Under the pieces are notes generated by a model. The model made no database searches, was not told the DNA's origin, and saw only the letters and a list, made by a program, of their open reading frames with translations. DNA of 64,000 bases, from assembly GCF_056746865.1 (NCBI RefSeq), contig NZ_CM163382.1; one strand, 5' to 3'. The position numbers were made by a program, and so were the translations under genes. Position 1 is the first letter of the stretch; each line of letters opens with the position of its first letter. This document shows positions 48,970 to 57,850 of the stretch, one piece after another.

Positions 48970-50184
48970 ATGCTGCTTTCAGACCTTGCTATCAGGCGCG
49001 CGAAGCCGAAAGAAAAGGCTTATACACTCAATGACGGTAACGGGCTTTCGTTACTCATTGAGCCGAACGGCTCGAAAGGGTGGCGACTACGTTACAGATT
49101 TGCAGGAAAGCCCAAAATGTTGTCGTTGGGCGTGTACCCTGATGTGTCTCTGTCTGATGCCAGAGCGGCAAGGGATGAGGCTAAAAGGCTTCTTGCTGGT
49201 GGTATAAATCCAAGTGAGGCCAGAAAAGCTCAAAAGCGAGAACAGGCGAGCAAATTTGGCAATACTTTTGAGGGTATCGCTCGCGAATGGTATGAAAAGC
49301 GGATCGACAGGTGGTCATCGTCATACGCCGAGGAAATGATCGAGACGTTTGAAAAAGACGTTTTTCCGTACATTGGCGGCAGGCCGATCGCAGAAATTAA
49401 GCCAATGGAGTTGCTTGCGGTTCTCTCCCGTCTTAATGACCGTGGGGCGACCGAAAAATTGCGTAAGGTTCGCCAGCGATGCGGCGAGGTGTTCCGGTAC
49501 GCAATCATCACCGGACGCGCTGAATATAACCCCGCACCAGATCTGGCAAGCGCATTTGCTCCACACAAAAAAGAGCATTATGCCTATTTGAAGGCCGACG
49601 AACTGCCGGAATTTTTCCGCGTTCTTAATACGTACACCGGAAGCCAGATCGTCAAGCTGGGTATGCGATTATTGATTCTGACAGGGCTCCGGCCAGGGGA
49701 ATTACGACAGGCAGAATGGCAGGAGATCGATTTTGATAATCGTTTGTGGGAAGTGCCTAAAGAACGAATGAAGATGCGCCGTCCTCATTGTGTGCCGCTT
49801 TCAGAACAGGCGATCGCTATTCTGGAACAGTTAAAACACATGACGGGGCAGTATCAGTTTATTTTCCCTGGTCGAATCCAGCACAGTAAGCCGATGAGTG
49901 AAATGGCGATGAACGTGCTTATTCGTCGTATTGGCTATTCTGGGCGCGTTACTGGTCATGGGTTCCGGCACACGATGAGCACGATTTTACATGAGCAGGG
50001 CTATAACACCGCGTGGATAGAAACGCAGCTTGCACACGTTGATAAGAACTCAATTCGTGGCACGTACAATCATGCGCAATATCTGGACGGGCGGCGCGAG
50101 ATGCTCCAGTGGTACGCCGACTATATGGACTCACTGGAACAGGGCGGCAACGTGGTGCATGGCAAGTTCGGAAAATGTGGATGA
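48970..50184 (+). CDS. int: tyrosine recombinase, P4/CP4-57-type integrase
   Basis: 404 aa from MLLSDLAIRRAK; N-terminal arm-binding-like domain; C-terminal catalytic GHGFRHT and RGTYNHAQY. Confidence 0.9.
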   Translation: MLLSDLAIRRAKPKEKAYTLNDGNGLSLLIEPNGSKGWRLRYRFAGKPKMLSLGVYPDVSLSDARAARDEAKRLLAGGINPSEARKAQKREQASKFGNTFEGIAREWYEKRIDRWSSSYAEEMIETFEKDVFPYIGGRPIAEIKPMELLAVLSRLNDRGATEKLRKVRQRCGEVFRYAIITGRAEYNPAPDLASAFAPHKKEHYAYLKADELPEFFRVLNTYTGSQIVKLGMRLLILTGLRPGELRQAEWQEIDFDNRLWEVPKERMKMRRPHCVPLSEQAIAILEQLKHMTGQYQFIFPGRIQHSKPMSEMAMNVLIRRIGYSGRVTGHGFRHTMSTILHEQGYNTAWIETQLAHVDKNSIRGTYNHAQYLDGRREMLQWYADYMDSLEQGGNVVHGKFGKCG

Positions 50185-50312
50185 CTGGTTGAGTATACAG
50201 TAGTAGACTTTGAGCGACGAAAGAAAAAGCTGTGTCTAGGGTCGCTCCCGAAAAACCGTATACCTCGACGGGCTGGCACAGCCACTACAGTAGAGGACGC
50301 TGAGGTGTGCGT

Positions 50313-51110
50313 ATGATTGATATTCATGCCGAATTAAACGAATACAAAAAAGATTTTATTTCTTTACGTGAATTTCTTGAGGTCGTGCTTAAGGTCGCTG
50401 GTGATGATTATGATGTTTCAGATCTCATAACTTGGATACTCAGGAGAATAAGCGGAGAACATATCCGCCTGTACACAGTAAATGAATTTAAGCTGTTGGA
50501 ATCTTTTTGTAACCCGTATCGGGATGAATTTGATTATGATGTTCTTTATAGAAATCTGGATGCGGTTCGGAAACATGGTTGTTTACCTGGTGAGAGGGAT
50601 GAAAATGGTTTTCTGGTGTCCGGTTATTGGGAAGATCCCGAATTTGAGAACATTGGATTTATAAGGGGTGAAATTTTCGCAATTTTTCCCGATGTCCTTG
50701 ACGCGTTAACGAAGCTGGAAGGCGCTAACTCTTCTGAAAATGACGAGGTACAAGGACGCGATATTGAAAAGAAAGAGTTGCGTACAGAGGATGATTTATT
50801 ATCCCAAATCGCAATGCTGGAAAGAGAAAACGCAGAGTTAAGGGCAAGGATAGAGCAGTTAGAGCAAGAGCGCCCGATACACTTATATAAATACTGGGAT
50901 AAAGACCCATTAGCTAAGGCTATTGAGATTAGAAACAGAGAGTGGGCCAATTACGATCCAGAAAATGATTTTGCCACCAGGGGAAATCAAGAAGCGATAA
51001 CTAGGGAGCTTAAGCAGTGGGGGGCAAGTAATGCTCTTGCAACGCTCATAGAGAGGACTGCCTGCCCTATTAACCGAGACAACAGCCAAAAGAACGCAAA
51101 GCCGGATTAA
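50313..51110 (+). CDS. hypothetical protein (island cargo, unknown function)
   Basis: 265 aa from MIDIHAELNEYKK with RBS gagg; acidic, central coiled-coil-like segment (AMLERENAELRARIEQLEQE); no recognisable motifs. Confidence 0.6.
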   Translation: MIDIHAELNEYKKDFISLREFLEVVLKVAGDDYDVSDLITWILRRISGEHIRLYTVNEFKLLESFCNPYRDEFDYDVLYRNLDAVRKHGCLPGERDENGFLVSGYWEDPEFENIGFIRGEIFAIFPDVLDALTKLEGANSSENDEVQGRDIEKKELRTEDDLLSQIAMLERENAELRARIEQLEQERPIHLYKYWDKDPLAKAIEIRNREWANYDPENDFATRGNQEAITRELKQWGASNALATLIERTACPINRDNSQKNAKPD

Positions 51111-51125
51111 CGCACCATACCGCAT

Positions 51126-51270
51126 ACCCTGAGGGTGATTTACTGTTACCCTGAGGGTATTTTTTTATCTTCCCCGTCAATTTTACCATCACCCTTAGGG
51201 TAGATTTCCTCCCGATTACCATCACCCTTAGGGTTAATTTCCTTCCGGTAACCATTAGGCCTGAGGGTAT
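51126..51270. repeat. five copies of palindrome CCCT(G/T)AGGG within ~33-bp tandem repeats
   Basis: ccctgaggg 51127-51135 and 51149-51157; cccttaggg 51192-51200 and 51225-51233; cctgaggg 51260-51267; 33-bp units at 51184 and 51217. Confidence 0.6.
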
Positions 51271-51337
51271 GAAAATATTCGTTATTTCTGTGCCATGATT
51301 ACCTCGTCAAATTGAGTAGACGTTATGAGGTAAATAG

Positions 51338-51535
51338 ATGTCAAATACGCTTATTCGTTTAACAGAAGTTCAGCGTAGAACTGGATATAGCAAGGCATGG
51401 ATTTATCGCCTTATGGGGCAAGGTAAATTTCCTGCATCAGTTAAAATTGGCTCGCGAGCGATTGCTTTCGTTGAAAGTGAAATTGACGAATGGATCAATC
51501 AGCGTATTGCCGAATCACGCGGAACGGCTGCCTGA
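51338..51535 (+). CDS. alpA: AlpA/Vis-family HTH regulator (excisionase-like)
   Basis: 65 aa MSNTLIRLTEVQRRTGYSKAWIYRLMGQGKFPASVKIGSRAIAFVESEIDEWI; classic AlpA pattern. Confidence 0.8.
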   Translation: MSNTLIRLTEVQRRTGYSKAWIYRLMGQGKFPASVKIGSRAIAFVESEIDEWINQRIAESRGTAA

Positions 51536-51610
51536 TTAAATAGCTACGGGTTATTGCCCAAGCTATCCACTAGCAAATAAAAAGTAACTTAATTCGATAG
51601 CGGAGTTTTT

Positions 51611-52435
51611 ATGAAACTGCGAAAAACGCCCGTACAGGGGCAGGGCTTTGTTCGGCCTGAAAACCAGAATCTGCAAAATTTCGGCGAAATTATCCCGGTT
51701 ATTTCCGGCGTTATTGGCGGGCGTGAAGCCGCTGTTGTTAGCGCAAAAGCGTTACACAAAGCGTTGGGCGTGGGAAAAGACTTCTCTACATGGATCACTG
51801 ATCGTATCTCTGAATATGACTTCACCATTGGGTACGATTACTCAGTCCATAAAACAATTTCCCCAAATTTGGGGAAAAGCCCGAATGGCGAGGCTTACAG
51901 CAAGATTAAGCACTCTGGCAGACCCGGTAAAGACTATCTGTTAAGTGTCGGAATGGCGAAAGAACTGGCAATGATCGAACGCACCGAACAGGGCCGCGCC
52001 GTTCGTCAGTACTTCATCAAATGCGAGGAGGAGCTACACAAGGTAGCGCCTGTACGTTCCGCAGCGTTACGCCGGGAACTGAAAGCCCGTATCACCGTAG
52101 CCAGCTACTTTAAGCCAATGTGTGCCGCGCTGGAGGCGTACCGGGCTGAACTGGGTAAAAACACGCTCCAGCACCACTACACCACGGAAGCCAATATGCT
52201 GGCGCGTATCGTGCTGGGTGGCATGAATGCAAAACAGTGGGCGCAGGCGAACGGCATCACAGGCGAACCACGCGACCACATGAGCACGCTGCAGCTTGAG
52301 CACCTTTCTTACCTTGAGCAGAGCAATATCACGCTGATTGAGTTAGGCCAGGACTACCACCAGCGGAAAGCTGAATTAATTCGTCTTTCGCAACGCTGGT
52401 TAGCCCGCCGCATGGAGGTGAGCAGCCATGCGTAA
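51611..52435 (+). CDS. phage antirepressor-like protein (AntA/Rha-type)
   Basis: 274 aa; motif DFSTWITDRISEYDF...DYLLSVGMAKELAMI...RQYFI resembles antirepressor N-terminal domains. Confidence 0.55.
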   Translation: MKLRKTPVQGQGFVRPENQNLQNFGEIIPVISGVIGGREAAVVSAKALHKALGVGKDFSTWITDRISEYDFTIGYDYSVHKTISPNLGKSPNGEAYSKIKHSGRPGKDYLLSVGMAKELAMIERTEQGRAVRQYFIKCEEELHKVAPVRSAALRRELKARITVASYFKPMCAALEAYRAELGKNTLQHHYTTEANMLARIVLGGMNAKQWAQANGITGEPRDHMSTLQLEHLSYLEQSNITLIELGQDYHQRKAELIRLSQRWLARRMEVSSHA

Positions 52436-52985
52436 ACCTGTCTTTTATGCCGGTCGCACTGAAATCTCTGTCATTAAATTCGATGACATTCAGGTGCGCA
52501 TAGTGAGTATCAACGGCGAGCCGTGGTTTGTTGGCGCTGATGTGTGTGCCGCGCTGGAAATCAGCAATGTTACTGATGCCGTTTCAGTTCTGGATAACGA
52601 TGAGGTAATGACCCTAGCTTTAACCGAGGGTCATTCCGGTAAGCGTGGTGGTGCCAGAAGCTGGAATGTTGTCTCTGAATCAGGTTTCTACAAACTGATC
52701 GCCCGCAGCCGTAAAGCTTCCACACCAGGCACATTTGCGCACCGTTTCAGTAACTGGGTATTCCGCGAGGTGATTCCTTCAATCCGCAAAACGGGGGGTT
52801 ATGGTGTTCCGTTTGCCATGCTGAATGATTTCAGTAAACGTCAGGCTGCATATCAACAGGAAGCCAGCAAACGCGGTTACAGGTTACAGCAATGCAAAGA
52901 GGCAAAAGATGCACTGGAACGAGAAGAGCGGGCGCTATGGCGTAAATATCAGCCTGATTTTCTGGAGGGTGAAAGCAATGTGTAA
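52428..52985 (+). CDS. Bro-N domain protein (antirepressor family)
   Basis: 185 aa; VIKFDDIQVRIVSINGEPWFVGADVCAALEISNVTDAVSVLDNDE matches Bro-N signature; overlaps upstream gene. Confidence 0.7.
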   Translation: MRKPVFYAGRTEISVIKFDDIQVRIVSINGEPWFVGADVCAALEISNVTDAVSVLDNDEVMTLALTEGHSGKRGGARSWNVVSESGFYKLIARSRKASTPGTFAHRFSNWVFREVIPSIRKTGGYGVPFAMLNDFSKRQAAYQQEASKRGYRLQQCKEAKDALEREERALWRKYQPDFLEGESNV

Positions 52986-53153
52986 CGATCCGAACGTTAC
53001 AGAAAGAAAAAGCGCCCCGTTGCTGGATAACAGGCAAAACAAAGGCGACCGGGATAGGTCGCCAGTGGGAACAAAGGAAATCAAACGCATCGCCAACAAT
53101 GCCAGATTTGCGGCTGGTGGGCAATGTGATCAGTGTGCTGGCTTGCTGGTGGG

Positions 53154-53351
53154 CTATTCCTGCTCTTTAGCATCGCCATACTGCGATGTTTTCCAGGTAT
53201 GCGATTCCATTTTTGTGCGCCTGTACTCTTTTAAGAACTTCTCAAGGACAAACGCACATGGCGCAAATCTTTCCTGTTCTTGTTCGCTTACCGCATTTTT
53301 GCGTTGTTTTTTCCTGGATGAGGATAATTTCTTTAATGATTTGTCAGTCAT
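53154..53351 (-). CDS. small basic protein, paralog of the adjacent 65-aa ORF
   Basis: 65 aa; shares C-terminal ...AFVLEKF...AKEQE pattern with neighbour; weak RBS. Confidence 0.4.
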   Translation of the reverse strand: MTDKSLKKLSSSRKKQRKNAVSEQEQERFAPCAFVLEKFLKEYRRTKMESHTWKTSQYGDAKEQE

Positions 53352-53408
53352 CGTAGATACCTGTAACCCTGTGCGCCACAGTTCACCGCACCACGGCGCT
53401 GGTGATGG

Positions 53409-53606
53409 TTACTCCTGCTCTTTGGCCTTCCGGCGCTGTTCATATTTTAATTTGCGTCCACAGGCATCTAAGACCCATGCGGAAAAATTAGCACTAGGAT
53501 TAGTTAATTTTTCTTGTTCAACACTGGCATCAATCCCATCTATAAGCTCGTGCGGGAATCGAATATTTTTCTTTGCTGATTTGTTGTTTGTGTTTCCGCT
53601 AGACAT
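53409..53606 (-). CDS. small ribbon-helix-helix-like DNA-binding protein
   Basis: 65 aa; RBS gaggtg; KKNIRFPHELIDGIDASV resembles Arc/CopG beta-strand plus helix. Confidence 0.5.
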   Translation of the reverse strand: MSSGNTNNKSAKKNIRFPHELIDGIDASVEQEKLTNPSANFSAWVLDACGRKLKYEQRRKAKEQE

Positions 53607-53635
53607 TGGTACACCTCACTTAAATGGATTTGATG

Positions 53636-53711
53636 GGCGCACACAATACAGCAAAAAAAGTGAGAAGTTAAGTATTGACATGTGCGCACACATGATTTTA
53701 ATCTGTGCGCA
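53636..53711. promoter_or_regulatory. divergent promoter/operator region with three GTGCGCA(C) palindromes
   Basis: ggcgcac 53636-53642, gtgcgcac 53682-53689, gtgcgca 53705-53711; TTGACA 53675-53680 with TTTAAT 53697-53702. Confidence 0.45.
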
Positions 53712-53810
53712 AGTTTGGGTTGCATTGCTCAAATTAAGCAACGCCCCGCAGTGCTCGCAACACATGCAGGGCGTCTAACCACCAACGATAGAAAGCGTAT
53801 CGAGGTAGCT

Positions 53811-54014
53811 ATGTTAAATCATACCACACACCCGCAAGGGCGGGACTCGCACAACCTGAATAAATACATCTGGCGTTTTATCGCCCTGAGCACCGCACAA
53901 CCACGCGTAATACACATCGAGGCCGCCAGCGAACAGGAAGCCCGTCAGCAATCCCCGGCTGGCTGCGTGATGGTATTTACTGCCCGCATCCGTCAGGGGG
54001 AATACTATGCGTGA
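53811..54014 (+). CDS. small hypothetical protein (possibly Icd-like)
   Basis: 67 aa from MLNHTTHPQG with RBS gagg; YIWRFIALSTAQPRVIHIEAASEQEARQQ; assignment by weak recall. Confidence 0.4.
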   Translation: MLNHTTHPQGRDSHNLNKYIWRFIALSTAQPRVIHIEAASEQEARQQSPAGCVMVFTARIRQGEYYA

Positions 54015-54264
54015 TGAACGATTTATTCTTCTGGAGCAAAAATTCAGTGAAGCGCCAAAAAATGAAATTGATGCTCTTTTGCATATCGCGAATATGCTAA
54101 AAGTAGCAACGTTCCTTATAGTTTCGAATCTGGAGCATGAAACGGCGTTAGATATACTGAACAGTGCTGTCGATTATTCTGAATATATTGCCGAGGATAA
54201 ATACAGGCAATTACCAGATTTGTTAGCCCATAAATATAAAGAAGAACCTCACACCGGGAAATAA
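54007..54264 (+). CDS. hypothetical protein
   Basis: 85-aa ORF overlapping neighbours on both sides (translational coupling). Confidence 0.5.
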   Translation: MRDERFILLEQKFSEAPKNEIDALLHIANMLKVATFLIVSNLEHETALDILNSAVDYSEYIAEDKYRQLPDLLAHKYKEEPHTGK

Positions 54265-54266
54265 AC

Positions 54267-54569
54267 ATGAAGAAGATTAAATTTACTGGCTTAAATGCCA
54301 GCGGACAGACTCACCCGAAAATCAGGATCGGGGATATTTTCCGGGATAAATATGGTGACAGCGTGGTTATTAATTCCGTGTATGAACGGCACATTACATA
54401 CCGCCGCGCAGGGTACGACTATGACTGTGTGATGCCCGTTCATCAGTTCCGGCGTGATTTTTCACTGGTATGTGCAGCACCACGCAGTAAGCCCACCAGT
54501 AAAGAGAAAGCACGGGCAAATATTCAGGTAATAAAGAACATGATTAACGCATTCAGGGGCAAGAAATGA
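54267..54569 (+). CDS. hypothetical protein
   Basis: 100-aa ORF; stop overlaps start of the 708-aa gene. Confidence 0.5.
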   Translation: MKKIKFTGLNASGQTHPKIRIGDIFRDKYGDSVVINSVYERHITYRRAGYDYDCVMPVHQFRRDFSLVCAAPRSKPTSKEKARANIQVIKNMINAFRGKK

Positions 54570-56692
54570 AACGCGCACCGAATTTAAAGCACCAGCCGAA
54601 AGACAAAATGACGGAGGTGATTATCTTTGCGGGTAGTGATGCCTGGGCACATGCGAAAGAGTGGAGCGAATGGGCCGGAAAGCATATTGCGGCAGATGAT
54701 ACACATCCAGTTATTCTTGGACCGGAACAACTGGCGAGTCTGGCAGACACGCAAATCATCGACAAAGGGCGCTATTACGTGCGCGTTTATCGTGCTGGTG
54801 AAATATCAGAGCAGCACCTTACACAGATAGCGACACTGCTTGCAGTGGCGGGTGTGAAGGAGGCGCGTTGCTACCGCAGCTTTGTTGATCAGCAGCCGGA
54901 GGACTGGACACCGCGCATGGCTGGACTGAAGGATGATGCGGAACGCGGTAACAGTCTGGTGATCAACCTTCCGGCGAAGACAAATTTCACCGGAAATTAT
55001 GATGACGAATTAAAGCCTCGTGTTGAAAGTCGCGTCGATGGTGTTTTCTGGGTAACGCCCAAAGTGGACAAGCAGTCAGGCGAAATTATCCGGCCTGAGA
55101 CGTGGTTATGTTCTCCGCTTGAACTACTGGGAACAGGAACAATCGGCAAAGAGCATTACCGCGTGATGCGCTGGAAAAAACCAGCAAACCATGAGGTCAT
55201 TACAATGGCGGTCCCGTGCGGAGGCATTGGTGACCGTGACGGCTGGCGGTTGCTGAAAGACCACGGCCTTAACGTGACGACCAACGGCAAATACAGGGCT
55301 ATCTTGGCTGACTGGATGCAGTTAAGCGGAAACCATGAGGAATGGCAGTTAAGCACAACAACGGGGTGGCATTTTGGTGCGTACATCATGCCGGATGGTT
55401 CGATCATCGGTGAATCAGAGAAACCCATCCTGTTTACCGGAAAAACTGCCGCTGTTAATGGCTATTCCGTGGCGGGAACAGCGGAGGGCTGGCGCGATAC
55501 CGTGGCACGGCTGGCTGGTGGTAATCCGTCCATGATGCTGGGTGTGGCGGTATCGCTATCTGCACCATTAATCGGGCTGGTGGGTGCTGACGGCTTCGGG
55601 GTTCATCTTTTTGAGCAATCATCAGCAGGTAAAACCACCACACAGAACATTGCATCAAGTTTATGGGGAGAGCCGGACGCGCAACGGCTGACCTGGTACG
55701 GAACGGCGTTAGGTATCGCCAACGAGGCCGAAGCACATAATGACGGGCTGTTACCCCTGGATGAAATAGGCCAGGCCGGAAACGCACGGGAGGTGTCCAC
55801 GTCAGCCTATACGCTGTTTAACGGTTCCGGGAAATTACAGGGGGCGAAGGACGGCGGCAACAGGGAGATAAAACACTGGCGTACGGTGGCAATCAGCACC
55901 GGAGAAATGGACGTTGAAACATTCCTCAAAACGGAAGGGATAAAAATTAAAGCGGGACAGCTTGTCCGTCTGCTTAACGTACCGATGGAAAAGGCCTCGC
56001 AGTTTCACGAATACAGCACCGGAAAGGCGCACGCAGACGCGTTAAAAGATGCCTGGACAGAAAATCACGGGGCGGCAGGTCGTGAGTGGGTTAAATGGCT
56101 GGCAGGCCACCAGCAGGAGGCAAAGGACGCGGTAAGGGCATGTCGCGAGCGGTGGCGCAACCTGATACCGGAGAGCTACGGCGAGCAGGTTCACCGTGTG
56201 GGGGAAAGATTCGCCGTACTGGAGGCCGCGCTTGTGCTTTCCGGTCATGTTACAGGCTGGGATGTTCAGGCGTGCCGTGATGCAGTTCAGCATAACTTTA
56301 ATGCCTGGGTGAAGGAATTCGGCACGGGCAACAGGGAATTTAAACAGATGGTTGAACAGGCTGAGGCGTTTTTGTCGTCGTTCGGGTTCAGTCGATACCT
56401 TCCCTATCCAAACAGCGACGAGCGTGATTTACCGATTAAAGACCTTGCCGGATACAGAAAGGGGAGTATCAGAAACGAAGATGACGAGTTCCGTTTTTAC
56501 ACGTTCCCGCATGTGTTTGAGGGTGAGATAGCACAGGGATTTAATCCGTCTCACTTTGCCCGCGCGTTGAGTGCAGCCGGAATGCTGGAAGCGGGAGGCG
56601 ACCGCCGTTACAAGAAAAAGGCGCTCGGCAGGATTGGCGGGAAGCAACATATTTTTTACGTGCTGATGTTCCAGCCTGAAGCAGAAGATTAA
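54566..56692 (+). CDS. putative replication initiator (primase/helicase-like P-loop protein)
   Basis: 708 aa; Walker-A-like FEQSSAGKTT; directly upstream of iteron cluster and SSB gene. Confidence 0.65.
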   Translation: MKRAPNLKHQPKDKMTEVIIFAGSDAWAHAKEWSEWAGKHIAADDTHPVILGPEQLASLADTQIIDKGRYYVRVYRAGEISEQHLTQIATLLAVAGVKEARCYRSFVDQQPEDWTPRMAGLKDDAERGNSLVINLPAKTNFTGNYDDELKPRVESRVDGVFWVTPKVDKQSGEIIRPETWLCSPLELLGTGTIGKEHYRVMRWKKPANHEVITMAVPCGGIGDRDGWRLLKDHGLNVTTNGKYRAILADWMQLSGNHEEWQLSTTTGWHFGAYIMPDGSIIGESEKPILFTGKTAAVNGYSVAGTAEGWRDTVARLAGGNPSMMLGVAVSLSAPLIGLVGADGFGVHLFEQSSAGKTTTQNIASSLWGEPDAQRLTWYGTALGIANEAEAHNDGLLPLDEIGQAGNAREVSTSAYTLFNGSGKLQGAKDGGNREIKHWRTVAISTGEMDVETFLKTEGIKIKAGQLVRLLNVPMEKASQFHEYSTGKAHADALKDAWTENHGAAGREWVKWLAGHQQEAKDAVRACRERWRNLIPESYGEQVHRVGERFAVLEAALVLSGHVTGWDVQACRDAVQHNFNAWVKEFGTGNREFKQMVEQAEAFLSSFGFSRYLPYPNSDERDLPIKDLAGYRKGSIRNEDDEFRFYTFPHVFEGEIAQGFNPSHFARALSAAGMLEAGGDRRYKKKALGRIGGKQHIFYVLMFQPEAED

Positions 56693-56715
56693 CTTCCCTG
56701 TGTGAGGTAAAAAGT

Positions 56716-56840
56716 TGCGGGTTATGCGGGTTATCCTGTGCATAAGTTAATTAACTGAATGATTAAAAAGGAAATTAATAACCCGCACGTAACCCGCAAA
56801 ACGGCAGTTATAACCCGCAAATGTGCGATTGTAACCCGCA
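56716..56840. repeat. iteron cluster TAACCCGCA (putative island origin of replication)
   Basis: direct copies at 56779, 56790, 56811, 56832 (spacing 11/21/21 bp) plus inverted tandem gcgggttat at 56717-56734. Confidence 0.65.
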
Positions 56841-56902
56841 AAATTTCACTGTAAGAGTGTAAACAAGCGTAACTATCACGTTAAAACCGGAGAACAAACA
56901 GC

Positions 56903-57328
56903 ATGACGGCGCAAATATCAGCTTACGGGCGGCTGGTGGCTGACCCGCAGTTAAAGACCACCAGCAAGGGCACACAAATGGCGATGGCGAGTATGGCGGT
57001 CCCCCTTCCATGCAATCAGACAGATGACGGAACGGCGACGATGTGGTTATCCGTCCTGGCGTTTGGCAGACAGGCTGACGCACTGGCAAAACACCACAAA
57101 GGCGAACTGGTGAGCGTGGCCGGTAACATGCAGGTGAGCTGGTGGACGGGCCAGAACGGCGAAACGAGGCAGGGATGGCAGGTTATCGCAGACAGCGTAA
57201 TCAGTGCGCGAACGGCGCGACCGGGCGGCAAAAAAGGCCAGCAGGGGCAGGCTACTGATGCACTGAACAGGGCAAAGCAACAGACAGGCCAGCACGATGA
57301 TCCGTACGGGGACGGGATACCGTTTTAA
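56903..57328 (+). CDS. ssb: single-stranded DNA-binding protein (SSB-like)
   Basis: 141 aa; OB-fold-like N-terminus, Gly/Gln-rich linker, C-terminal acidic tail DDPYGDGIPF. Confidence 0.7.
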   Translation: MTAQISAYGRLVADPQLKTTSKGTQMAMASMAVPLPCNQTDDGTATMWLSVLAFGRQADALAKHHKGELVSVAGNMQVSWWTGQNGETRQGWQVIADSVISARTARPGGKKGQQGQATDALNRAKQQTGQHDDPYGDGIPF

Positions 57329-57411
57329 TTCACAACAGCGAACAGAGTAATTACCCAGTGCGCCGTAAAGCCCCGTCCTTCAGGTCGGGGATATAAGGCG
57401 CGGTTTTCCAC

Positions 57412-57828
57412 CTAACTAGGTGTTTGCTGTTGTTCAATGTATTGGCGGATGATGGATATTGGCGCACCTCCGCAGCTACTGGCAAAATAGCTGGGACTCC
57501 ATAAAACGCCTTTGTAGTAATACCTGACTGCAATATCTGGTCGATCTCGTCGCAATAATCTACTCGATACGCCCTTGAGACTGTTCACCAGGGTGGATAT
57601 CGCCAATTTGGGAGGATAGTTAATTAGCAGGTGAACGTGATCTCGTTCTCCATCCATTTCAACCAGTTCAGCTTCAAAATCAGCACATACACTTGAAAAG
57701 TAAGTGCGTAGTTTTTCTATTGCGTCATGGTCAAAAATCTGGCGTCGGTACTTGGTAACAAAGACCAGGTGAACGTGCATCAGGAAGACACAGTGCCTTC
57801 CACGTCGGATATCGGTTTCTTTTTTCAT
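57412..57828 (-). CDS. tnpA: IS200/IS605 Y1 (HUH) transposase TnpA
   Basis: 138 aa from MKKETDIRRG; HUH motif HVHLL and catalytic Tyr region VLWSPSYFASSCGG. Confidence 0.85.
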   Translation of the reverse strand: MKKETDIRRGRHCVFLMHVHLVFVTKYRRQIFDHDAIEKLRTYFSSVCADFEAELVEMDGERDHVHLLINYPPKLAISTLVNSLKGVSSRLLRRDRPDIAVRYYYKGVLWSPSYFASSCGGAPISIIRQYIEQQQTPS

Positions 57829-57850
57829 AGGCCAAAGTATAATTTGGCAT

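Noticed and set aside
48811-48970. Possible tRNA or tmRNA attachment site next to the integrase
   Set aside because: P4-type integrases usually target tRNA 3-prime ends, but I see no tRNA-like stem or CCA-adjacent structure here; the junction falls inside cas5e instead. Needs a tRNA-scan to be certain.
52825-53778. 317-aa plus-strand ORF spanning the small-gene/operator region
   Set aside because: Overlaps the end of the Bro-N gene and both minus-strand 65-aa genes and the promoter region; Cys/Ser-rich low-complexity translation, no RBS; looks like a chance frame.
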